Shown here in pieces: positions 45,001 to 57,000 of a DNA stretch of 64,000 nt. The position numbers were made by a program, and so were the translations under genes. The notes beneath the pieces are model-generated. The model saw nothing but the letters and a program-made list of their open reading frames with translations. It did no database searches and was not told the DNA's origin. The DNA lies in the NCBI GenBank assembly GCA_951406725.2, contig OX597819.1:84196001-84260000 (forward strand), given 5' to 3'. The DNA is from Octopus vulgaris (taxonomy: Eukaryota). Position 1 is the stretch's first letter, and the number at the start of each line of letters is the position of its first letter.

Positions 45001-48000
45001 TAGCATTTTTGATGTTTCTGTAGTCTCTGTTACAATTTCTGTCAATGGTGTTCTGAATATTTGTGAGTCCAGGATTACTTTAGATGTTGATGGCCATACA
45101 AATTCATTTATCTGAGTGTTTATCAAAGTCTTTCTGATATCTATACCTAAATATGTTGTGATGGTCTGTATAGACTTGTTTAAGTAAACTAATGGAGACT
45201 TAGTTTGACTCATACTATCGTAACTTGATGTTTCAAATGTTACTTGGATAATTGACAATGATGGTTCAGCAACTTTTTTGCTCTGAGATGGAACCACACT
45301 TTTAGATATTGTTGTGATTATTAGAATCTTTGGTGTTGTAATATCCCCTTCATGGTAGAAAGGCAAAAATTTAGGCATAAATTTACTTTCTACTGTTGTT
45401 AATTCAGTCCTATAAACATCAATGTCAGCCAAAGCTTTCGTTTTGATGGTTTTAAACATTACCACTGATGGCTTGGTTACATGTAGCATATTGCTAACAT
45501 TTCCTGTACTATAGGTATTTTCTTCCCCTTTTATTATAACAGTACTTGACTCATTCATTTTTATCAATGGTTTTGGTAAAATTTGCTTCTGTTCTACTGT
45601 TGATACAGTTATACTCTCTGTAATGTAAATCAATGATATTTCAGTTTTACTGATAGTCTTTCTATCTAAGGATTTTCTTTCAACTTCTATTCTAGATTTG
45701 GTTGCTTTTTTAACCTTACTTTCCATTTCTGAGGTTAACTGTGGTGCTAAAGAACTCTCTGGAGCCCTACTAAACAAGAACATACTTCCAGTTGTTTCCT
45801 TTAGTGATTCCTGGGACTTAGATTTCATTGGTATTTCTCGAGATGTAGTTTTAGTAAGTGGGATTCTTGTTGTTATTGCTTCATCACTGGTTTGCTTAAC
45901 CGGTTCACTTAATTTCCAGGTTTGTGTAAAGTGATCATGTGTTGTTATTTGTATTTTTCCTTCTGTCATGAATTTAATGGGTACTTTAGGTGTTAAAGAT
46001 TGCTGTATCCATGCAACCCAGTAATTTTCAGTTTGGTCATATTGCAGTTCATTTATAGTCTTATTATTAAACCAAATATCTACAGTTATAAATGGCTGTT
46101 TTGCTAGAGTGCTATTTTCTTTGAAAGGAAGCAAAACAGCCTCAGATATGTTTTTATTTTCCAAAACCAGTGCTGAAATATTATGGTCACTATCAATGTG
46201 TAATATCTCAAAGCGAATTGTAACTGCCATTTGTGTTTTGGCAGTGCCCTGCAAAACAGCTACATCTAATAATGCTGTATCTATTTTCTCACTCACTTCA
46301 GTTGGTAGTATTCTTGTAGTAATTTCACTAATTTTCTTCTGAATTTCAGACATAGGCAGTTCTGTTCCTTTGCGTTGAGATTTTGTTGTTTCGATTACAT
46401 CAGTATGAAATGTTTCCATTGTCCCTTTCATGTGTATATTTAATTGATTACTAGTACTAAGTTGAAGGAATTGTTTCAAATTACTTTCATTTTTCATTTT
46501 AAACACATCTAGACTTCTATCAAATAACGCACTGGTACTCGTAGCTAATAAGGAATCAAAATATTCTGAAGTACGGAGAACAACAAGAGCCATTTCAGAT
46601 AATTCTGTTGTTGCATCATACATCTGTTGTACTGTAATTGTTAATTCTTCCACATGAATGACTCTGTCTGTAGTTGCAGACAATTTTACTTCAGATGCAG
46701 TGATACTTGTTATATTTGGGAATACTGTACTTGATACATCTACTAATTCAAATGTTGCATTAGTTATCACAGCTTGTTTAATTATGTGCAATAATTTACT
46801 TACCTGTGATATCTTTTGAGCAGTAGTCAACATAGTTGTATTCAGTACATTTAATTGAAACATATTATGTCTAATTTTAGGTATCATCGTTGTGAAAACT
46901 TTACTTTCATTTGAAGCTATGTTAAATAAAAACATTTCAAATGATGTTTGGTATATTGTTTCTGGTGTAGCTAAAAGTGACTGCATGTCATTGCTAGCTG
47001 ATGTAATAATAAAAGACCCCTTTGATGTGCTGTTTGAAACAACAGCTAGAGTAAATAAAGTTGTATGAAGTTTTTCCAATAAATCAAATGTTATTTTATC
47101 TTGGATTGTCTTAGTGTGTTGTGTTGATAAATGAGAAATGTTTGTCCTAATGCTTAAAGTAATTTCACTGCTCATTTTACGACTGGTAGTTCTTGTCATT
47201 GGTTCTTTTGTTGCTATTGGCTTCTTTGTCTTTGCCTCCATGGCTGAACTGCCATTTATTAATATATAAATTGATGAAGCAGGTGTAACTTCTCCTCTTT
47301 CCTTTTTAAAAGAAACACATGTTTCATCTTTTGATGCAGTAGTTTTTGTCATATTTGTAGATCTGGCAAGTGTAGTCAAAGAATATAATATCTTTCTCTT
47401 TGTATATTCTTTTAGTTGATACTGAGATTTGAATACAGAGATTAATGGTGTTTGGGTAACTAGAAGTGGTTGCCATGTCCCAAGTTTAGTTTCAAACAGC
47501 TCAAATAATTTCGATGTTGCAAAATCTCTTATTGGTTTAGATACATTTTGTGGCATTTTTGATTGTCCAGTAAATATTTTACCCAAATCGCTTCTACCAT
47601 GTTTACTAAACTCCAATTCTCTGTAAGTGCTTTCATATGATGGTAGGGTTAAAAGAGAACTGCTTGAAATATTTTCTTTATGTGAAGATATTTTAGGTGT
47701 TATAGTATGAAGAAAAGAAGCATTCTTAATTATAACTCCATGTTCTTTTGTCACATAACCTATAACTTTTAATTGTTTTACTGTGTCATTATCATAAAAA
47801 TCAATAATATCAATAAACCTGCCTGGTGTGCTTGTTTGATATGGATAAAAAGTTTCACTTATATCTCTTTTCTTAAAATACCTTCTTGTTGGTTTTGTAT
47901 GATCCAACATTGCTTTCATTTCACTTCTAATCAAACTCTTTGTAATACCATCAGTTGTTACATCTAGCCATTTAATAGGTTTGGATTGCATTATATCTGT

Positions 48001-51000
48001 AGATGGCTTCACTCTTTGTTGACTTATTAAACTTCTTCTGTATTTATCAAATTTAGTTGAGAAATCATGCATGTATGGTTCAGATTGTAATTCAAATTTT
48101 ATTTTTTGATACAAGGGACTTGACTGTACTTCTGAGAAGGTTTTAGTTTTAAAACTAGTTTCTTGGCTGAGTAGTTTTAAAAATGGAAAATATATTTTAG
48201 ACTGATTTTCAGTATGTAATGTTCTTGGTGTTATTTTATCCTCTTTGTCATATTTTGGCTTATCAGAAGTTTTTTGAAATGCATCAGGTTTCCATAATGT
48301 TTCGGTTGATGTACCTTTTGGTAAAGAAGATGATACTGTATCTTCTACATCTGTTGAAGTTTCTGAAGTTAAGGTTTCACTCATAAATTCACTCAGCACT
48401 GGCGGGCTTGCAAATGGTAAAAACAACAGTGTATTTTCCAATATAAATGTTACATCTGTTGTTCCCTCAAGACCATGCTCTTCATATAATTCTGTTGAGT
48501 CTAATTTGTGTTTCTTTTCAGCTGTTGAAATACTGAATTTAGTTATATTTGATATTTCCAAACTCAAAGAAGAAATTAACTCATTTTGTGGACTGCTTTT
48601 TGAAGGAACAAGCCTGTGCAGATATCTATTCACATCAAATGAGCTGACTGTTGGAACTAACCTCTCAGTAAATCCACTCACATTATCATGTTTACCTATA
48701 AAAAGAACTAAGCCTTCAGAATGTTGACTTACACTTTGTGATGTGTAAGTAGAAAGAATTAATCCTTCACTGTATCTGCTTTTGTTTCCCTGTAATCTTC
48801 CATGGGTGATATCAATGGTATTAAATGTAGTAATATCTATCATTTTAGATTTAATTTTATGTACTCCATCAAATTTTCTTGGCTTTATAGTCTCTATAGT
48901 AACTGATGGCATCCAAAAACTAGATACAAAATCAGTATGAGACACATGTTTTTCCTTTCTTGTAAAAAAGGCTTTTGATAACTGTGTAGTTTCTGGTGTT
49001 TTTCTAAAATATTCTTCAATGGGAGAAATAACAATACTTGTCAAATATCTTTGTTGGGTAGAACTGAAATCTGAGCTCAGATGGTCTGCAGAATGATATC
49101 CTGGAGCCAATAAAGACATCGGTGTTAAGATTTCCATATCTCTGTTAGTTAACTGAGACATCTGCTTAAAATGTTCAGATAACTTTTTTTTATGAAGCAT
49201 TTCATAACCAGACATCTCCAGCATTGAATAAAAAGGATCAGTGGTCTCTGTAGTTGTTACTGATGTTTCAGAAAAAGCAAATATATTTTCTGTAAGAGTG
49301 CTACTAATCATTTCATTTAGTATAGTCAGGGAAGTAACAGTGTCGACTTCTGAAAGTTCTTTTGCTGTTAGCTGAATGATTTCATTCATAGTTGTACCAA
49401 ACAACTTAGTAGGGTTTGTTGACTGAATGGGAATAACTGTTGGCTTGCTTTTATCAATATCTGTTTTAATATTTGTGGAAGAAATTAATAGTGTAGGTGA
49501 CACTGTTGAAAAAAATGTAGGGTATGAAACTACTATATCTAGTAACATTGTCACATTGTATCTCCAAGTTAACTTCCAGCTTTCTCTTTCTGTTGTGAAT
49601 GTTGATAAATCATTTAAAAAATCTTTACCAACTCTAAACATTAAGGTTTTGATAGTTCCTAATTGGAGAGACGTTTCTAATGTTTGTATATCCATTATTC
49701 TCATAACTGTAGCAGTTATTCTTTTATCAGTACCATTATCAGCCAAGATTTGTGTTCTTTTCCACCAAATATCATCTCGTCTAGTTTGTGTTGTAGACTG
49801 CTCAGTTATAAATTTTGAAGTAAAAGTCTTATGCCATGGTAAATATATTGTAATTGTTTTCTGTTTCTGAAAAGTTAATGGTGACTGAAAATAGGTTAGT
49901 GGTTTCATTGCTGTTATATATCCTTGGGGATCTGTCCCAGTCTTTTCGTTTGTAATAACCAATCCATCTCTATCAACTTGTGGAACTGTAACTGCACTCA
50001 TAATAACAGCTGATTTTACAGTTACATCAGTCTGTAGAACACTAATGATCTCCCTAACATCATCAACAGCATCCTTACCAAAAACTGGTTCTTCCTTGTC
50101 TATTTGTGGAATTTTAACAGTTATTTTAGTATTAGTAGATGCATCCTTTTCTGTGACTTTAATTAAAATTGTAGTAATCACTGATTTAGTTGTGTTACTT
50201 GGCAAAACTACAGATGTACCCATAGGAACTGATGTAGATTCTTCAATAACAACTTGTGACACAGTAATAAAATCTCTAAAACTAATTGGTCCATCAGTAT
50301 CAACAGGAGGTACTTTGACAGCATATCTGGGATCAAATGATCTGCCACTAACTACTTCCAAAATAAAGGCAGGACCTCTAGTTGGAAGTGATGTACTTTG
50401 TTGAACTGACCCAGCTATATGTGGAACAGTAACACCATCCTTAGAAATCATTATAACAGGATACCAAACAACAGAAATATATCTGTCTATGGATGATTTA
50501 TCTCTAGTAATGTAAGGAATGGTAACCGTGTCCTTTGTAACATCTGATTCGTCAACATCCACAGCATCTTCCAATTGATCAGTATGCATGCTATAAGAAA
50601 CCTTGGTTACAAATGATTTATACATGTCAATTTCTGCTGGTGTAACACTGTCCTGAACTAAAGTTGATCCACCAAAGTATCTGTGTGAAACAGAACTAGT
50701 TACAACAGCATCACTAACAATATCTGATCCATAAATTTGTGGGTCTGAAACATTATATCTAGCAACAAGAAACTCATTTTTTACTCTTCCTGATTTAGTA
50801 ACAGCCATATCAGTTTGTTTAAAGATAACAGGTATTCTAGTAAGAAATGAAGTGTATACATCTACTTGTGGATACTGGACAGTATGTATAGCAACAGCCA
50901 ATTCATCTTGACCAATCTTCACTACAGCATCTGCAGTAGTACTAAGACCCTCTGTATTGCTTAGTAAAACAGTAACTGCATCCATGATATTAAATGATTT

Positions 51001-54000
51001 CTCAGGTTTTAGAACTGTAACAATGACACTAGTACCAGCAAGATCAATTTGTGGAATAGTAACAAAATCCTTGACTATAATCATCCCATCGATGTTAATT
51101 TGTTGAACAGATGTAATGTTAGGAGCAACAATATATCCATCACTAGTAATTCTTGTTGGAGTAGCTTCATCCATTGGGATATCTAATCTGGAAATATCAA
51201 TATTTGGAACTGTATATGCAGCTTTAGTAATAAATGATCCATTTAAATCAACTTGTACTGTAATAACTTTCTTTGTAGTAATAGATACATAACCATCAAT
51301 TACTAAATCTTTAGTAATAATTGATCCATTTCTCAGTAATTGTGTAGCTGTGACAAAATCTCTAACAACCATAGTATCTGCATCCTTTTCCAACAGTGTA
51401 ACATTAATAGCTAATCTTTCTAAAATTTTGGGAAATGCACTTGCATCAGTAACAAAAACTGAATCGTTACTATCATATTTTAGAGTTGTACCAAAATCTA
51501 AGGCAATCTCTGGTTTTGTTCTGCCTAGTTGTAGATCAATATGTAAATACTTAGTGATACTTGATTCATCAATGCCTTTTGATGAAACTGAAGCAATATC
51601 TCTAGGAAAGCTGTCCTTAAAAATAAAGGAGTCAACTGTATGTATTTGTGGAACTTTGGACACATTACTGGCAACAACAATAGTTTTGGAAACAGTGGAT
51701 CCATTTGTATGTATTTGTTGAGATGTGATCATATCTCTAGTAACAATGTCCTTAGTAAAAATAGAATCGTCTATATGTATTTGCGAATCCGTAACAGTCT
51801 TCCAAGTAACAACACTCACAGGACCAAGAATGCTATCTATGTGTATCTGTGGAACTGTAACAGTCTCCCTAGTATCAACTGTATTCTTATTAGTAGTTGA
51901 CACTTTTATATGTATTTGGGAAATTGTGATGTCCCTCACAACAAATGATTGATCTGAATGTGCTTGTAGAACTTCATCCCTAGTAACAATAAAATCCTCA
52001 GAAAAAATTGATCCACTTGTGTATACTTGTGAAACTACGATGTTATCCCTATCAAAAATAACATAACTAGCAGAAATTGATCCACCTATATGTATTTGGG
52101 GAGCTGTCACAACTTTCTTAGCAACAGCAGTTATATTACTTCTGAACAGTGAGATTGTTGTTGCAAAAGAATAAGAATGTAATTCCTCTAAAAGCACATG
52201 TGTAGTATTTCTTGAAATGGTTGCTTCTGTCACATCTTTATGCTGAATGATAATTTCTGTTAATCTTCCAGTCCTTACATATTTTAATGATCTAGTTGAC
52301 AAATTTCTTGTTTGTAAAGTCAGAGTTCTCTCAAATGTTATTGTTGTAGAACTGAAAAGATCGCTTGATTTTTCTTCGCTAATTCTTGGAATTTTCAAAA
52401 TTTCAAATCCACGTTTATCCTCTACTTCAGTTTTATATTTTAGCATCCTTTGTTGTGTGATAAATTCCAACTCTATTGTATCAACACCAGAGTCAATGTA
52501 ATCTCTGCTTTCAGGAGGCATAATTGATATCCTTTCTTGAAAAGTAGTAAATGGGACTGACATTTCTTTTAGTGAGCCTGTTTCTCTTGCTTCATATATC
52601 TCCTTGTCATAAGTATATGTCAGATCTATAAAAGTAACTTCTTGGTCAAAATACTGTACATTAGATTGGAATAAAATAGGGGTTGCAGTTTCTTCTGGTA
52701 GAGAATAGGCAGGTAATATTGGCTTATGGAAAATTAACTTTCTATCATCATTTAAACTTTTCTTGTCAAATTCTGCTCCTGACAAAGCCAAAATTAAATT
52801 TGGATCATCATGAATAGTTTTGGATTTTAAACCAATTTGTTTTGATTCATCATCACTTTTGGTAATTTGTCTCAATCGTTCTACTGAAGTTGATCTTTCA
52901 TGTTTTGCTGTAATCAAAGACTCATTTAATGGAACCATTGGTTCTGTTATATCTAACCAAGGAACAAAAATCTCATATGTGTTTAAGTTATAGTTCAAGC
53001 CTACATCTTGACCAACATTTCCTCCAAGAACATATTTAATATGAACTGATCCAGGAGAAAGTAATTTTTTGCTTGCGTTGATATATAGTAAATCTGTATC
53101 TCCTGAAGTGAAACCTTTGTCAGAACTCTGTGAGACATCTGATAAAGTAAATTCTTTAATTAACTGTCTTGCTTTTTTTGTCGATATTTTCTCAGTTACT
53201 CTTCTAGAGATCTTGTCCCAAAACTGTTGATCTAGAATGTGCGTTGTGCTCATCAGCAGTGGAATCTTTGGACTGCCTATACTAAGAAATACAGACTGAG
53301 ATGTACTTTTCTCAATAAACCATACAGTTGGTATAAAGTGTGATTTATGTAGCTTCTCTCTGGTAATTGGTGTAGTTATCTGATCAGATAAGAAAGATGG
53401 TGTTAAAAATGTATAAAAATATTTTGGTGTTAGCTGATATTTTACATGTGTTTTTACTTTTTCAAACAATGTATATTGAAGAATTACTTGTGTTGTTATC
53501 ATTATCTGTTCCCCACTAAATAACTTTCTTTTTGTTGACTTTGAAAGCATTTCATATATTTTTACTTTACTACCATCTCTTTGTTCTGTAGTTTGGTTAA
53601 TTTCTGTCATGAATGATAGGCTTTTAAACAAGTCATCAACTGATTTGGTTTGGTCTAAAGCAACTGTTACAAATTTCTCACCTGGTTTTACTAATGTTTC
53701 TAGTGATTTAGACACATTTAGTTTCAATAACTCCCACCAAGTAGGTGTAGCTTGATATGCTTTTGGGGCTTTTGATGTACTCTCAATACTTCTAAATGTC
53801 TGAAGTAGTCCTAATAAATACTTTTTGAATATAAATGATGAATCCATGGTAGTTGTGGAATAGGGCTCCTGCTTTGATAGGGATATTTTCACAGTAGTAT
53901 AATAACTTTTTAAAGAACTCAAATCTTTTGAAGGAATACTTTTACTTTGATTATTTTGATATAATTGAGACTGGATCCTAAGATGCAAATTAGAGAATGT

Positions 54001-57000
54001 TGTTCCTTCAGTATAGGAGATATTAGGAAATAATCTCATACTTTCACCTAATTTAACTAATTTGGTTATCACCAAAGTTGTTTTTTCTGGATACAGAATA
54101 TCCAGACTAAAATTAGATGTAATTTTTGTAGGTATATTATGTGGAATGATTGATAATGTTTTTGATGTAACCATGTAAGATTGTGTTCTAACTGGTGATG
54201 ACTTCTCTGATCTTATGAGTTCCAATTTTTTGCTAGTACTATTTATTTTGGAGATATTAGAAGAACTGAATGGTGAATATTGTATTATATTTTGTGATGT
54301 TTTGTATGATTTTAAGTTGCTAGTTTTCACTTCTTGTCTGTTTGTTGTAAGGACTTCTTTAAATATACCTAATACTCTTTCTGTTGTGTTGTATTTTTCA
54401 GCATAAACAGGTAGTGTTGATCTCACTGAAGGGATCAATTCTGTAGAACTATGCCATTGTTTTTGAACGGTATGTTTCAGTGGAATAGAAAATATTGGGC
54501 GTTTCTGACTTATTGTCACTTGTTTAAAAAGTCTGCTACTTACTGTTCTCCTCAAATTGACAGTAGTCACAGGATTAGATAATATAGTTTTTTTTAATAA
54601 AACAGATAGAGTGTGATGTATTTTGAGCATTTTCAGTGTAGTAGATGAAACAGGTGCTGGAGTAGTAAATATTTTAGTCATAAGCTTTTTACAAGGTTTA
54701 GAAGGGAAATGTTTTTTTAAATATTTCTGTTTTATCTTTTTCCGTAAGGACTTTTTTCTGCTTTTCTGTTTTGGCTGCCCTATACTAGATTGTGATCCCT
54801 TTTTCTTTGCTTTATCGATCAACAAAAGTCTTTTTCTTTTATCTTTCAAGGAATATCTCTTTATATACAACCTCTTCCCCTTTTTTAGCCTATGATAAGG
54901 ACATTTTTGCCTTCCTTGTTTCCTTGAAAATTTTGATTTTGCAACAACAAGCTTCTTACGGGGAGTTTTAGATACATAACCTGGTATACAATGTACAAAA
55001 ACATCTATAGTTTTCCCATCTACTGCAAAGCCTCGGCGTGTTATACATTTGAGAGATACAGAGAGTTTTCTCAGATGTTTTTCTGATTGGTCTGATTTAT
55101 TTCCTGTCATTAATATTTCAATTGTTTTACTAGTTACCATTCCTTGGGAGAGTTTTTCATCCACAGAATGGTTATATTTTACAATAGGCAGACAGTTTAA
55201 AGATATATGAAGAAAGTCTTTATATGAAGGAATATTAAGGTCACTAGTACAGTGAAGATTCACTGGTAAGAGTGAGCCATTAGAAGTAGCACTCAATCCA
55301 GGAACACAGTTTAAGTCTATATCTACTTTATCCCCACTGCTATTGCTGCTATTTATTTTTGGAGTGCAATACAAATAAACAATTATATCATCTGGTTTAG
55401 GAGCAACTTTGCCAGGAGAAGAGCAATTTAGTGTTACGGGTATGTTATTTCCATATTTTATAAAATTGGTCTCATGAATACAAACAAGAGAAATTGCAAT
55501 TGACTGGCTGCCTTCATTTCCACCTTTAACTGCTGTGTTTTGTAAAGATAACTCTATTTTGTTTACTTTATTTGAGCCAAATACTTTAGAAATTCTCTTT
55601 TTAGAATTTATAAATTTCTGTAATTTATTTCTTTTCCATGGAAAATGTATTTTTCGCCTGTGCTTAACTTTCTCATCTTCATAATAATCTCTTTGATCTG
55701 AATTAAATTTATCAAATATTTCAGGTATTTTTTTAAGACTGTCGTCTGATCCCTCCTCTTTTTCTCTTTCTTGTGAGCACCTAGTTTCAAACTCCTCATT
55801 ATCAACTTCATCTTCTAATTTTTGGTTTGAAACTATTCTTTGTTTGGCTAGTTTCTTTGGTGATTGGATTTTAAATATTTTTTTTCGTTTTTTTAAGTAT
55901 GATGAATCATCATTCTTTTTTAAATGCAGCTTTTTTCTGTTTCCAAAACTAATATCTCGTTTGATTCTAGAAGTAAATAATTTGTAATTCCTTACTTGTA
56001 TTATGTTTTTGCCAAATAACTTTATGTTATTTGTATTGTTGAGCATTTGTAACACAGATTTTGTCATAAACAGACTGACACTTGGATTCAGGGTACTTGT
56101 TTCACCAGAATTTAATTGAGTAAAAATTATGGAAGCTGTAGACTTAAAAAATAGAGGATGGTTTTGAATATCAAAATGAAATAAATTAGATGAAAGGATG
56201 TAGGGTAGTTGAGAAACTGCAGTTTTTGGTGCATAAATGCCTTTGTTTTTAAAATTCTTTAAACTGAATTTACTATTTACATCTTTTTTTGTTGAGTAGT
56301 TACTTTGGGCTTGAGAAATTATTCTATATTTCAGGTAATGATTTTTAAAATAGAGAATTATATTTGATTTTAATACATAAATTTTAATTTCAGGGATATA
56401 ATTATGAAGAAGTTCAACAGATTTTTCATCAATGAAGTCTGTATTGCTTTTAGCATGGTTTACTATTAATATCACAGAGGATCCCAGAGAACTAAGATAT
56501 TTGCATACCACTTCATCTTTAAATCTATCATCAAATAGTGTTGAAAAAGTACTGTTTTGGGATTTAATCTTACAAATAATTACAAAATGATTTATTTTAT
56601 CATTAGCCTTTTTAAGTAGAAAGTTGTAATTGTCTAAATAAACATAATTTACAAAACCATTCATCCCCTGAGGTTTAAGGAAGTACCATGCAATTTCTGA
56701 AATATTCATAAAAGTATCTTCCATAATAACCAATATTTTAATATTTACAGCTGAATTTTGCTCCACCAATTTTGTAATGTTATACCTATCACAGATTTCC
56801 AAGTTATTATGTAAAAGAAAACAAAATTTAAAGAACTGGTTTAGAAACATATTACTTAAAACATCTACTCTATCCTTAATTGGCAAAAAATAAAATACCC
56901 TTAACTTTTTACTATTAGAAAAGCTACTAATTTTAGAATTATTATGTAAATGTTTTTGCTTTATGATATCAAGAATAAAATTTGAGCTATTACTATGATA

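Noticed and set aside
2673-55811. Short minus-strand ORFs such as the MLLMLQSIDQ repeats
   Set aside because: All are in one alternative frame overlapping the giant ORF and are by-products of its codon pattern.
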